From an uncultured Gammaproteobacteria bacterium (lineage in GTDB: Bacteria > Patescibacteriota > Patescibacteriia > UBA9934), in NCBI GenBank assembly GCA_964569575.1, contig CAZMTL010000003.1:7197-71196 (forward strand): 64,000 nt of DNA. Reading direction: 5' to 3'. Made by a program: the position numbers and the translations under genes. Of this stretch, positions 47,576-58,023 are shown piece after piece. The notes under the pieces were generated by a model. That model searched no databases and was not told the origin of the DNA. It saw only the letters and a list, made by a program, of their open reading frames with translations. The number at the start of each line of letters is the position of its first letter. The stretch's first letter is position 1.

Positions 47576-49365
47576 TTTCCACTGCGCTTTCGGTCCGCTT
47601 CCGTCAAAAACTTCTTTCGGATACGTACAGATTGCGGCGTTGCTTCTACATATTCATCGTCACCAATGTATTCAAGTGCTCGCTCCAACGTCATGTCGAT
47701 TGGCGGCGTCAATTGAATTGAATCATCTGCACCGCTCGCTCGCATGTTCGTAAGCTGCTTCCCTTTTGTTGGGTTTACAGTCATTGATTCCTTCGAGCTC
47801 ATACCGATCACCATCCCTTCGTACACATCAACTCCAGGTCCAACGAACAACGTTCCTCGTTCCTGTAAGTTGTTAAGCGAGAAGGCGAGAGTCGTTCCGC
47901 CTACTCCCGAAATCATCGAACCGGTATTTCGTCGTTCAATTTCTCCAACGTACGGACCGTACTGCGCGAAGATGTGCGAAAGCGTTCCTTCTCCCTTTGT
48001 TGCGGTAACGAATTCAGTTCTAAATCCGAGCAATCCGCGTGTAGGAATGATGTATTCAAGTCGTGTAGACCCGTTCTCGCTTTGCATCTGCTTCATTTCC
48101 CCTTTTCGTTTTCCTAACCGTTCAATAATGGTTCCGGCAAAGGCATCTGGTAAATCGATGGTAACATTTTCGTACGGTTCCTGCTTTTCACCATTTTCTT
48201 CACGGAAGATTACCTGCGGCTGACTTACCTGAATTTCGTATCCTTCGCGTCGCATGGTTTCGATCAATACAGAAAGGTGCATTTCTCCGCGACCACTTAC
48301 TTTAAACATATCGGCAGAATCCGGAAACTCCACCTGCAAACCAACGTTCGTTTCAAGTTCGCGTTCTAGTCGTTCTCGAATCTGTCGAGAAGTCACAAGC
48401 GAACCTTCTTTACCGGCAAACGGAGAGTTGTTTACAAGGAAGTTCATAACAAGCGTAGGCGGATCGATTTTGATCGCTTCCAATGCTTCAGCATCAGCGT
48501 TTTCCGCAACCGTTTCACCTACGTTGATGTTTGGAATTCCAGCGATTGAAACAATGTCTCCAGAAAAGGCTTCCGTTACTTCAACTTTCGCTAATCCTTT
48601 TGAAGTAAGAATTTTGCTGATCTTGTGCTTTTCGCGTGTTCCATCAAGTTTGATGACGGTAACGGTTGAACCCGTCTTTAGCGTTCCTTCAAAGATTCGT
48701 CCAGTTGCAAGTCGACCAACGAAATCATCGTACCCAAGGTTAACGGGCTGAAATCGCAACGGCGCAGCAACATCGCTTTTTGCCGGAGGAACTTCTTTCA
48801 AAATCATATCAAACAACGGCTGCAAATCCTTTCCTTGATCGGTCGGCGAATTAACCGCAATTCCATCACGTGCAATCGCGTAGATATACTTAAATTCCAA
48901 CTGTTCTTCCGAAGCACCAAGTTCCACGAACAAGTCAAAAACCATGTTCAACACTTCGTCGGGTCGTGCCGTTGGCTTGTCGATTTTATTAATAACCAAA
49001 ATAGGCTTCAATCCAAGAGCAAGTGATTTTCGAAGCACGAACTTTGTTTGCGGCATCGGACCTTCGTACGCGTCCACCAACAAAAGTACAGAATCAACCA
49101 TACGCAACACACGTTCAACTTCCGAACCAAAGTCGGCGTGACCTGGGGTGTCGACGATGTTGATCTTGTCATCGCCAATCTGGATGGCAGTATTCTTGGC
49201 GTAAATAGTGATCCCACGTTCTTTTTCAAGATCGTTGCTGTCCATTACGCGCTCCTCAATAACGTCACGGTCAGAAAAAGTTCCTGACTGCTTCAGCATG
49301 GCGTCTACCAGGGTTGTTTTTCCGTGGTCAACGTGAGCGATAATGGCGATGTTTCGAAAATTCAT
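47569..49365 (-). CDS. typA: translational GTPase TypA/BipA
   Basis: NIAIIAHVDHGKTTLVD, DTPGHADF and NKID. The start was taken at the internal ATG. Confidence 0.9.
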   Translation of the reverse strand: MNFRNIAIIAHVDHGKTTLVDAMLKQSGTFSDRDVIEERVMDSNDLEKERGITIYAKNTAIQIGDDKINIVDTPGHADFGSEVERVLRMVDSVLLLVDAYEGPMPQTKFVLRKSLALGLKPILVINKIDKPTARPDEVLNMVFDLFVELGASEEQLEFKYIYAIARDGIAVNSPTDQGKDLQPLFDMILKEVPPAKSDVAAPLRFQPVNLGYDDFVGRLATGRIFEGTLKTGSTVTVIKLDGTREKHKISKILTSKGLAKVEVTEAFSGDIVSIAGIPNINVGETVAENADAEALEAIKIDPPTLVMNFLVNNSPFAGKEGSLVTSRQIRERLERELETNVGLQVEFPDSADMFKVSGRGEMHLSVLIETMRREGYEIQVSQPQVIFREENGEKQEPYENVTIDLPDAFAGTIIERLGKRKGEMKQMQSENGSTRLEYIIPTRGLLGFRTEFVTATKGEGTLSHIFAQYGPYVGEIERRNTGSMISGVGGTTLAFSLNNLQERGTLFVGPGVDVYEGMVIGMSSKESMTVNPTKGKQLTNMRASGADDSIQLTPPIDMTLERALEYIGDDEYVEATPQSVRIRKKFLTEADRKRSGKK

Positions 49366-49459
49366 AAAAGTATATTTGAAGGCGCAAGAATAGCACAAGC
49401 TGGCGACTTTGTAAATCTTTAAAGGCTAGTTTACCTCAGAAAATAACAGAATTTGCACG

Positions 49460-49705
49460 CTACCGCCTAATCTCAACCAGTTTTTTAGGGCTATTTACCC
49501 CTGTTTTAATGAAAATAAGACTCTTTGCTACGTCAAAATGAGCAGAAAGCACTTCAATTAACTCTTCGTTCGCTTTTCCGTCTCGAGCAGCGGCGCGCAG
49601 GGCGATGCGATAAGAATGTTCATCAATTTGTTCAATTCCAGGCTTTTTTGAATTCGGTCGAACGGTAATAGAGAGAATCATATATTCCAAAATTATTGAC
49701 AACAT
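49460..49705 (-). CDS. DUF167 (YggU-like) protein
   Basis: ITVRPNSKK...DGKANEELIEVLSAHF...KLVEI. Confidence 0.5.
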   Translation of the reverse strand: MLSIILEYMILSITVRPNSKKPGIEQIDEHSYRIALRAAARDGKANEELIEVLSAHFDVAKSLIFIKTGVNSPKKLVEIRR

Positions 49706-49747
49706 AGCAAAGATTCAGTATCCTCGCACGTCGTAGAGAGGTGAACG

Positions 49748-49921
49748 ATGGAAGAAGATGAGGAGTCGGATGAAGGGCAGGCGCCTCGCAGGCGAATGCC
49801 ATGCTTACTGGAAGAGAGTCACGACATCAGGAACGCCCAGTCTGCAGTGAATGTAGGAAGCGCCACAGCGGCGCAGCGAGAGCTTCTCGAGTGGTATCGT
49901 GAGGTTATGGGTGAACTGTGA
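49748..49921 (+). CDS. candidate small acidic protein (57 aa) with Shine-Dalgarno and strong terminator
   Basis: GAGAGGTG sits 6 nt upstream of the ATG. Translation gives MEEDEESDEGQAPRRR.... A GC hairpin terminator lies at 49927-49968. It is not in the ORF track. Confidence 0.3.
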   Translation: MEEDEESDEGQAPRRRMPCLLEESHDIRNAQSAVNVGSATAAQRELLEWYREVMGEL

Positions 49922-50008
49922 CAACGCGGGGCTCCGGCGAACATGTCGTCGGAGCCCCTATCATTTTCAAATAAACAAAAAAACGAGCTCAGGGCCCGTT
50001 TTTTTGTT

Positions 50009-51295
50009 CTACTTAACAATCTTTCCTTTCAAGAAATCAATCGTCTTTCGATTGGTCATCTGGTGCTTAACGTAATCTCGATACTGCGGATCGAACACAC
50101 GCTTTCGAGCATCCTCATTGTCTTTATATTGCTCGGCAACGCGATCAATTTCTGCATCCAATGTTTTTTCATCAATTTCGATCTTTTCTTTTGCAGCAAC
50201 TTCCTTCAATACAATCGCAACTTTGATTCGTTGAATGGCATTTGGGGTTAAATCAAGCTTTAATTCGGCCAACGACTTTCCGGACTGCTTCAAATATTCT
50301 TCAAAATCCCCACCTTGCTCAGTAATCTGATGTTTCATTTCATGCAACATCTTTTCAATTTCCTGATTTACCAACAAATCTGGGATTTTCTCGAACGTTG
50401 ATTTTTCAACAATCGCATCCAAAACCGCCTTGTCCTGGCGAACCGCTTCTTCGTGTTCATTTTCGCGCGTAAGATTTTCGTTCAGCTTCTGATCAAGTTC
50501 CTTGCGATCCTTCAATCCAACCGACTTCGCGAATTCGTCATTCATTTCTGGGGCATCCAATTTAAAAATCTCTTTCACGGCAACATCGAAATCAACTTTC
50601 TGATCTGCAAGATGTTTTTGGTAATGATCCTTCGGAAACTTCAGCGTGAACTGCTTCGACTCCCCTTCTTTCAGTCCAAGAAGTTCTTTTACAAATCCTT
50701 TTACGTAATGTTCTTCCCCTGTGTAAATTCCGTGGTCCTGACTCTCTCCGCCTTCAAGCACAACGCCGTCCTTCTTCATGCCAAGTGCAAGAACAACCTT
50801 GTCTCCAGCTTCAACGACTGACCCAGAATCTTTACGCACTTCCTTTGTCTGCATGTTGGCAAGATCTTTCAATGCGCGATCGATCATTTCTTTTGTAGGT
50901 TCAGTCGACTTCTTTTCAACTGACAGCTTCGAGTAATCTGCAAGCTTTGTTATCTTCGGGAAGAGGGCAACTTCCGCCGTGAACACAAGATCGTTTCCTG
51001 GAGCCATTTTTTCAACATTGAAGTACGGCTGACCAACAGTTTCCAAATCTTCCTCGATCATTGCTTTCAAAAAGTGGTCGCGGATCAATCCTTCAATAGC
51101 CGCTTCAAGCAACGGCATTTCGCCAACTCGACGCTTTACCGTTTCATAATCAGCCTTTCCTGGTCGGAAACCAGGAATTTTTGATGATTCCGCAAACTGT
51201 CCAGCAGCTTCTTTCATTCCAGCTTCAACCTCTGCGTGAGGAACAGTAATAGTGAGAGTGGCTTTGTTGTCTTTTGTTTCGATTTTGTATGGCAT
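50009..51295 (-). CDS. tig: trigger factor
   Basis: Three-domain trigger factor with an FKBP-type PPIase region. The start was taken at the internal ATG (MPYKIE). Confidence 0.85.
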   Translation of the reverse strand: MPYKIETKDNKATLTITVPHAEVEAGMKEAAGQFAESSKIPGFRPGKADYETVKRRVGEMPLLEAAIEGLIRDHFLKAMIEEDLETVGQPYFNVEKMAPGNDLVFTAEVALFPKITKLADYSKLSVEKKSTEPTKEMIDRALKDLANMQTKEVRKDSGSVVEAGDKVVLALGMKKDGVVLEGGESQDHGIYTGEEHYVKGFVKELLGLKEGESKQFTLKFPKDHYQKHLADQKVDFDVAVKEIFKLDAPEMNDEFAKSVGLKDRKELDQKLNENLTRENEHEEAVRQDKAVLDAIVEKSTFEKIPDLLVNQEIEKMLHEMKHQITEQGGDFEEYLKQSGKSLAELKLDLTPNAIQRIKVAIVLKEVAAKEKIEIDEKTLDAEIDRVAEQYKDNEDARKRVFDPQYRDYVKHQMTNRKTIDFLKGKIVK

Positions 51296-51389
51296 ATTGG
51301 GCGGAGTGTACGAAAAATAGGAGTGATTGTCAAAAGTCGCAAGCTTAAAATCAAGCAAATAAAAAAGAGAGCCCGCAGGCTCTTCTTTT

Positions 51390-53390
51390 TTACATAATGT
51401 TTGCAAGAACGATCAGGATAGCAACGATGTTCACAATTTTGATCATCGGGTTGATCGCAGGACCTGCAGTATCTTTGTACGGATCTCCCACCGTGTCTCC
51501 AGTAACCGCCGCTTCATGAGCAGGTGATTTCTTTCCACCGTAGTTTCCATCTTCAATATACTTCTTCGCATTGTCCCAAGCACCTCCTCCGGTTGTCATC
51601 GAAATGGCAAGGAAAAGTCCAGTAACAATCGATCCCATCAGCAATCCTCCCAACGCCGCTGGTCCAAGGAAGTATCCAACAAGGATCGGTACAACCACTG
51701 GAATAAGCGCAGGAACAATCATTTCGTTTAAAGCAGCCTTTGTAACGATGTCTACCGCTCGGCTGTAGTCAGGCTTCGCAGTTCCTTCCATGATTCCGTG
51801 AATTTCCTTGAACTGACGTCGTACTTCTTCCACAACCTTTCCAGCCGCCTTTCCAACCGCCTCCATTGCGTATGCAGAGAAGATGTATGGAAGCAGACCT
51901 CCGATAAATAGACCGACGATTACAAGTGGATCAGAAAGTGAGAAATCAACATCGATGTCTCGTAGAATCAATTCTTCTGTATAACTTGCAAACAATACAG
52001 TTGCGGCAAGTCCAGCAGAAGCAATCGCGTATCCTTTTGTAACGGCCTTTGTTGTGTTTCCAACAGCGTCAAGCGGGTCTGTTACTTCACTTCGAACCGA
52101 ACTTGGCAAATCAGCCATTTCGGCAATTCCGCCAGCGTTGTCGGTAATTGGACCATACGCATCAAGCGTTACAACCATACCGGTAAGTGAAAGCATCGAA
52201 GTCACAGCAAGAGCCGCTCCATAAATGCCTCCAAATTCGTACGCAAGCAAGATTCCACCAGCGATCACAAGTACCGGCAATACAGTTGAACGCATCGAAA
52301 GCGCTAGACCGGCGATAATGTTTGTTCCGTGTCCAGTCTGTGAAGCGGCTGCGATGTGACGAACAGGACCGTAAGCAGTCGAGGTGTAATATTCAGTAAT
52401 GACAACCATCAATGCAGTCACGACCAATCCGATAAGCAACGAAGCGAATACCGCATTTGTATCGATTCCAGCTACATCTGCAAGAAGGTATCGAGATGCG
52501 AAGTAGAACGCCACAGCCGAAACTAGTCCAGCTGCGATAAGTCCTTTATAAAGCGCGCCCATGATTGCTTTCGAACCAGTTCCAAGACGAATAAACTGAA
52601 CTCCAATCAATGTAGCGATAACCCCGATTGCTCCAATAGCAAGTGGGAAGGTAATGATCGCAGTAATATTTCCGAACAAAATCGATCCAAGAAGCATGGC
52701 TGCAACTGTCGAAACAGCGTATGTTTCGAACAAGTCAGCCGCCATTCCGGCACAGTCTCCAACGTTGTCTCCAACGTTGTCTGCGATAACGGCAGGGTTG
52801 CGAGGGTCATCTTCTGGAATTCCAGCTTCTACTTTTCCGACCAAATCTGCGCCAACGTCAGCGGCTTTTGTGAAAATTCCTCCACCAAGTCGAGCAAAAA
52901 CAGAGATAAGTGAACCTCCGAATCCAAGACCGATCAACGCATGCATGTCGCCTGTAAGAAGGTAAAGACCAGCAACTCCTAGAAGCCCAAGGGCAACAAC
53001 GATGATTCCTGTTACAGCACCACCGCGAACGGCAATGTTAAGAGCAGGCTTCATTCCAAGCTTTGCTGCTTCAGCCGTTCGTACATTGGCTCGTACCGAA
53101 ACAAGCATTCCAGTGTATCCAGCAAGACCAGAAAGGATCGCTCCAACAGCGAAACCAAGAGCAATTCCCCAGTCAACAAGTCCTAAAATAACGAACACAA
53201 CGGCACCGATAAGGGCAATAACACGGTACTGACGGTTCAAAAACGCATTCGCACCTTCCTGGATCGCAAGAGCGATACCAATCATCTTTCCTTCACCAGC
53301 TGGTTGTTGCATGATCCAGCGAATCATAAACGCGGTGTACACAAGTGCTACCGCTGCAACGATAATAGAGAGCAAGCTAATATCTGGCAT
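51390..53390 (-). CDS. hppA: membrane-bound H+(Na+)-translocating pyrophosphatase
   Basis: [27 protein letters not shown] and [13 protein letters not shown] motifs. Confidence 0.9.
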   Translation of the reverse strand: MPDISLLSIIVAAVALVYTAFMIRWIMQQPAGEGKMIGIALAIQEGANAFLNRQYRVIALIGAVVFVILGLVDWGIALGFAVGAILSGLAGYTGMLVSVRANVRTAEAAKLGMKPALNIAVRGGAVTGIIVVALGLLGVAGLYLLTGDMHALIGLGFGGSLISVFARLGGGIFTKAADVGADLVGKVEAGIPEDDPRNPAVIADNVGDNVGDCAGMAADLFETYAVSTVAAMLLGSILFGNITAIITFPLAIGAIGVIATLIGVQFIRLGTGSKAIMGALYKGLIAAGLVSAVAFYFASRYLLADVAGIDTNAVFASLLIGLVVTALMVVITEYYTSTAYGPVRHIAAASQTGHGTNIIAGLALSMRSTVLPVLVIAGGILLAYEFGGIYGAALAVTSMLSLTGMVVTLDAYGPITDNAGGIAEMADLPSSVRSEVTDPLDAVGNTTKAVTKGYAIASAGLAATVLFASYTEELILRDIDVDFSLSDPLVIVGLFIGGLLPYIFSAYAMEAVGKAAGKVVEEVRRQFKEIHGIMEGTAKPDYSRAVDIVTKAALNEMIVPALIPVVVPILVGYFLGPAALGGLLMGSIVTGLFLAISMTTGGGAWDNAKKYIEDGNYGGKKSPAHEAAVTGDTVGDPYKDTAGPAINPMIKIVNIVAILIVLANIM

Positions 53391-53605
53391 AGAGCCGTTT
53401 ACATAATAAATTAACAAGAAAAACGTGGTTATAATACGAATTCCATACAAACGTGTCAATGACAAAAAGACATTTTTCAATTGACGAAAAGCCAAAAAAA
53501 CGGTATTCTACCAAGGCCTAAACCGGCAAAAGTATTTCGTTAAAAGAATCGATTACACAAAAATTAGCAGGCTTAGGACTGGCTGGAATCCGTATTCTGG
53601 TCGCA

Positions 53606-54916
53606 TTGAAGCCATATATCCTAGGTGCAGGAAAAGCTGCATTTACACCGGTAAGAAGAATCGGACAAATTTTTTTGGACGGTTTTTTTGTACCCATCTA
53701 TCGAATCGCCTACACAATAAAGAAGCAATTTGATGCGTTCTGGCGACCGGCAAAGAATAAAATGATGGTATTCGTCACGAATCGTTACGCCGTTCACGTA
53801 GCAGTAGGTGTAATCGCCTGTGCGGTAGTGTTTTTAAATATTGGAACAAGTGAAGTACGTGCGGAGACATTTGGTGAAAAAAGCTTGATGTTCGCCATCG
53901 CGACAAACCAAGATGTCGAAATCATCGAAGAATTTGCCATCGACACAGAACGAGCAGAATACATGGCATTTTCGTACCGACCAGCCACAGCAATTTCGGC
54001 ATCTGGACGAGGCGGCACGGACTTCATAAACGAGGACACGGCGAGCCTGTCGGTAATCGGCGGTGGTGCACTGACGGCACCCACGATCTCGGAAGGAGCA
54101 GAATCAACCGCGCCACGAACAGAGGTCGAAACATATGCAGTCGCGCAAGGAGACACACTTTCAACCATCGCCGCAAAGTTCGGTATCTCGTTAAACACAC
54201 TTCTCTGGGCAAATAGTTTGACGGTGAATTCATCCATTAAGCCAGGAACCGAGCTAACCATCCTTCCGACAACAGGAGTTCAGCATAAAGTGGTGAGCGG
54301 AGACACCGTTTCAAAAATTGCGACAAAATATAAGGTAGAAGAAGCAGAAATTATCGCATTCAATCGACTCGCGAGCGCCGAAGACATCATTATCGGAGAA
54401 AGCTTGATCGTGCCGAACGGTGAAGTTCAGGCAGCGGCACCTGCTCGGCGACCAACAAGCGTAACCACCGTCTTTACACCGCCAGCAACGTCGTCATCGA
54501 TCCCAACAACCACAACGCCGTCAACGACAGCTCCGGCAACAGGCAGCGCATCAGGGTCAGGTGTAATGGTTTGGCCAACAGATCTGCGCGTGATCACTCA
54601 GTACTATGGATGGAGTCATACAGGGATCGATGTAGATTGTCACTTTACTCATGATAACTACGCAGCAGATTCAGGAGTAGTGCAATACGCGGGATGGAAG
54701 GGAGGATATGGGTATGCAGTCGAGATCAATCACGGGAACGGACTGGTGACCCGGTACGGCCATCACGCCTCGATGTATGTTTCTGCAGGCGAAACAGTAT
54801 CAAAAGGACAAGCGATAGGACGATGCGGAACAACTGGAATTTCGACAGGAACTCACCTTCACTTCGAAGTGATGTCCGGCGGAGCTTTCAAGAACCCGCT
54901 TGAGTACATTAGATAA
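53606..54916 (+). CDS. LysM-domain M23 metallopeptidase (peptidoglycan DD-endopeptidase)
   Basis: Two LysM repeats (YAVAQGDTLSTIAAKFGI; HKVVSGDTVSKIATKY). M23 motifs HTGIDV and GHHASMY...GTHLHFEV. Confidence 0.75.
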   Translation: MKPYILGAGKAAFTPVRRIGQIFLDGFFVPIYRIAYTIKKQFDAFWRPAKNKMMVFVTNRYAVHVAVGVIACAVVFLNIGTSEVRAETFGEKSLMFAIATNQDVEIIEEFAIDTERAEYMAFSYRPATAISASGRGGTDFINEDTASLSVIGGGALTAPTISEGAESTAPRTEVETYAVAQGDTLSTIAAKFGISLNTLLWANSLTVNSSIKPGTELTILPTTGVQHKVVSGDTVSKIATKYKVEEAEIIAFNRLASAEDIIIGESLIVPNGEVQAAAPARRPTSVTTVFTPPATSSSIPTTTTPSTTAPATGSASGSGVMVWPTDLRVITQYYGWSHTGIDVDCHFTHDNYAADSGVVQYAGWKGGYGYAVEINHGNGLVTRYGHHASMYVSAGETVSKGQAIGRCGTTGISTGTHLHFEVMSGGAFKNPLEYIR

Positions 54917-54956
54917 AGAACAAAGGGGCGAAAGCCTCTTTTTCTGTTGAGTGATA

Positions 54957-56483
54957 TTACTCAACAAGTTTCGGGCGATACTGCAGTGCTTCCGCAAGAT
55001 GCGAAACAGAAATAGATTCTATGTCATCCAAATCAGCAATTGTGCGAGCTACCTTCACGACTCGAGTGTAGGCACGTGCAGAAAGGTGTAGTCGTGCAAC
55101 GGCTTGTTTGAGCAGATCGAAACAATCAGCGGAAAGTGAACAGAATTCCGCTAAGTGCTTGCTCGTCAATTCCGAGTTAGAACAAATACCAAGCGACGCA
55201 TACCGTAAGCGTTGACGATTGACCGCATTCTGAACTCGAGCTCGAATCGAATCCGAATTTTCAACAGGCTGAGCATTAGTTAATTTATCGAAATCGACCC
55301 GAGGCACGTCGAGCGCTAAATCAATGCGATCAAGCAAGGGGCCCGAGATTTTTTGCTGGTAGCGATGAACCTGACTTGGCGTGCACTGGCATGCGCGCGT
55401 GGGTTCTGTGGCGTATCCGCACGGACAAGGATTCATTGCGGCAATCAGCATAAATTTAGCAGGAAATTCTAGTCGACCGGCCGCGCGAGAAATCGAAACG
55501 ATGCCATCTTCAAGTGGTTGACGCAAGTTCTCGATCGCGGTGCGTGGGAATTCTGGGAATTCATCCAAAAACAAAATACCCCGATGCGCCAACGAAACAT
55601 CGCCCGGCATCGGCCAAGTGCCTCCACCAATTAGTGCTACACTCGAACTAGAGTGATGCGGGGCACGAAACGGACGCACGCGCACCAGATTCGTTAACGG
55701 ACGCGAAGAAGAGATGGAAAGAATTTTGGTAATTTCGAGCGCTTCTTGAAAAGACAAATCTGGCAAAATAGAAGGTGTCGCACGAGCCAACATAGTCTTC
55801 CCGCTACCAGGAGGGCCCGTAAAAAGAATATTGTGACTACCGGCAGCCGCAATTTCGAGCGCACGTTTTGCCTGTTCCTGCCCCTTTACGTCTTCCATGC
55901 CAAACTGAGCTTTATGAGCCGAAAGCTTCTTGCGACTACGACGCGTAGGCATGACCGGTGCCTCGATAGTGCCATTTAAAAATTGAATCGCTTCCTGAAG
56001 AGTTGAAACAGGAACTACCCTTACACCTTTTACTAAAGCGGCCTCGTGCGCGCTTTCGCGAGGAACCATGATGGACTTAATGCCCTCGTCTCGAGCGAGA
56101 GCGGACGCGAGCAGAACGCTATTCGTTGGTCGTACATCGCCTTGTAGCGAAAGCTCGCCAACGATTAAGCACTCGCGTAATGCGTCCAGTCGCTGCAGCA
56201 CGCCTTCCGACGCCAAGATCCCGAGCGCAATGGCCAAATCAAATGCCGGTCCCTGCTTTTTAATATGCGCAGGAGCTAAATTGACCGTGACGCGTGTTCG
56301 CGGAAACGAAAATCCACAGTTCTTAATTGCCGCCCGAACGCGATCCCGCGACTCCGAAATAGCGGCATCCGGCAACCCGACAACTCTAAACGAAGGCAGC
56401 CCAGACGAAATATCTGTCTCAACTCGAATTAAATACGCTTCTAATCCAAAATGTGTCGCCGAGCGAATAAAAAAATCTCCCAT
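54957..56483 (-). CDS. YifB/ComM-family Mg-chelatase-like AAA+ ATPase
   Basis: Lon-like N domain plus Walker A FTGPPGSGKTMLA. Confidence 0.85.
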   Translation of the reverse strand: MGDFFIRSATHFGLEAYLIRVETDISSGLPSFRVVGLPDAAISESRDRVRAAIKNCGFSFPRTRVTVNLAPAHIKKQGPAFDLAIALGILASEGVLQRLDALRECLIVGELSLQGDVRPTNSVLLASALARDEGIKSIMVPRESAHEAALVKGVRVVPVSTLQEAIQFLNGTIEAPVMPTRRSRKKLSAHKAQFGMEDVKGQEQAKRALEIAAAGSHNILFTGPPGSGKTMLARATPSILPDLSFQEALEITKILSISSSRPLTNLVRVRPFRAPHHSSSSVALIGGGTWPMPGDVSLAHRGILFLDEFPEFPRTAIENLRQPLEDGIVSISRAAGRLEFPAKFMLIAAMNPCPCGYATEPTRACQCTPSQVHRYQQKISGPLLDRIDLALDVPRVDFDKLTNAQPVENSDSIRARVQNAVNRQRLRYASLGICSNSELTSKHLAEFCSLSADCFDLLKQAVARLHLSARAYTRVVKVARTIADLDDIESISVSHLAEALQYRPKLVE

Positions 56484-56518
56484 ACAAAAGTAAGCGGGAG
56501 TATTTAATCGTCCAAACT

Positions 56519-56968
56519 CTACAAACGAGTCGGTTCTTTTTTAGTATAGACCAAAAGCAAAATCGCGCCAGTCACAATGAGGATATCTGCCAAATTAATT
56601 GCCGATCGTCCAAAGAAAAGAAGGTAATCGGTTGTAAATCCGTTCACAAGTCGGTCAACCAAGTTATCCAACGCTCCAAAAAAAATCATCGAGGCAAACC
56701 CGCTACGCAAAGGCGCTTTCCTGAACTCGCGCAGAATGAAGTACCCTAGCAAACAGAGTAAGGCCAAGCTAATCGGTACAACGACAAAGAGTGGAGCGGG
56801 AATACTAAAAGCGATTCCTGGGTTTTTGTAGAGAAAGATTTGAAACAATCCCCCGCGTTGCGTTTCGTTTCCTTCCAGTAATTGCAGAGCGAGTACCTTA
56901 AAAACAATATCAGCCGCGGTAATCACGACTGATAGTGTAAGGAAAAAGTAAAAATACTTCTGACGCAT
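56519..56968 (-). CDS. lspA: lipoprotein signal peptidase II
   Basis: FGALDNLVDR and NLADILIVTGAILLL. 4 TM helices. Confidence 0.7.
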   Translation of the reverse strand: MRQKYFYFFLTLSVVITAADIVFKVLALQLLEGNETQRGGLFQIFLYKNPGIAFSIPAPLFVVVPISLALLCLLGYFILREFRKAPLRSGFASMIFFGALDNLVDRLVNGFTTDYLLFFGRSAINLADILIVTGAILLLVYTKKEPTRL

Positions 56969-56970
56969 GA

Positions 56971-57369
56971 TTAAAGTTCCTGTGTGAGTGTTTTTTTGCT
57001 GGCAACAGTGCTTGTCGAAGTCGGACGAGCACGCAAACGATCTTCGCCAATTGGTTCGTTTGTGTACTTGTCGATGCCGTAAGTACCTTTTTGAATACGT
57101 TCAAGCGCAGATTCTACATCTCGCAGCTCTTTTTCCAGCTCCTGTTCTAAAGAGAGGTTGTTGCTGTAATCTGCGATTTCCACAGCGTTCTCGTCTTCGT
57201 CGTCGCCGTATTCTGGAAAGCGAGCATCGTAATCTTCTTCGCTGGCAGAAATATTCTTCTTCGCAAAACGCGCGAGTGAAGTTGTGAGTCTTGTCTGTTC
57301 TTCTTCTAGTTTTGCACGCATTTCATCCAAAAACTCCTGACTGTACGAACCTGATGATTTTTTTGTCAT
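56971..57369 (-). CDS. DksA/TraR-family regulator (YteA-like, no Cys4 finger)
   Basis: GTYGIDKYTNEPIGEDRLRARP C-terminal motif and a coiled-coil N terminus. Confidence 0.5.
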   Translation of the reverse strand: MTKKSSGSYSQEFLDEMRAKLEEEQTRLTTSLARFAKKNISASEEDYDARFPEYGDDEDENAVEIADYSNNLSLEQELEKELRDVESALERIQKGTYGIDKYTNEPIGEDRLRARPTSTSTVASKKTLTQEL

Positions 57370-57940
57370 ATAACGTAATTACTTACAGAAAGTCTAGAGC
57401 AATTAACGGAAGAAAACAAGCAAAGGGCTGAAATGAGGAAAAAAGTGAGCAAATTGTTGTATAGAAAAAAGGAGCGCGGTTGTTGACAGGCATCTTTGTG
57501 GTTGTCCTGTACGGCTGCGCTCCTTACGAGCGACTTTTTGAAGGACACCGTTCATTGAAGGCTGGGCTCTTGAGACACCCCGATCTCTCGAGAACTCAAC
57601 CTTCAGTCGGCGTCGACTTTGAAAAAGTCTTTTGACTCTGACCGCTCTACCTCGTCCGGGATTGCACGGCGTGCAAAGAACGTGTGTGAACGACGCGGTG
57701 GATCCATGGTTCGCTTCCTTTCCCCCGAACTGAAGCGAGAAAACAAGATGGAGTACAGCGGTGAGATAATTCCCAGAGGTGGGGCTCTGGAAAATTTCCC
57801 CTGAGTCATGTTCGATCAATAATTGATCGAACGACGGGATTGTTGAAGGAGCGATCGAACTTGTAACTACATTGTATGATGGTGAACACTTAATGTCAAC
57901 AACGTATTAGTACCGAATTTATTGAGTAAAACGCGAAAAC

Positions 57941-58011
57941 TGTGGATAAGATTTTAAACTGTGGATAAAGAATATGTGGATAACTCTTAGTTCATGCACT
58001 GTTTATCCACA
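57941..58011. promoter_or_regulatory. cluster of four perfect DnaA boxes: TGTGGATAA at 57941-49, 57960-68 and 57975-83, and TTATCCACA at 58003-11
   Basis: All four are exact 9-mer consensus. Boxes 3 and 4 form an inverted pair. An AT-rich tract lies at 57884-57940. Confidence 0.65.
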
Positions 58012-58023
58012 GGCTGCGTGAAC

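Noticed and set aside
57403-57819. 138-aa minus-strand ORF upstream of the DnaA-box cluster
   Set aside because: It is a low-complexity translation across hairpins with no start context. It is more likely non-coding (regulatory or structured RNA).
57370-57900. Possible tmRNA / RNase P RNA / SRP RNA
   Set aside because: No GGTTCGA-type T-arm plus ACCA end is present, nor the P4 AGGAAAGTCCGGGC motif or the SRP GGAA tetraloop core. This eyeball search is not definitive and needs cmscan.
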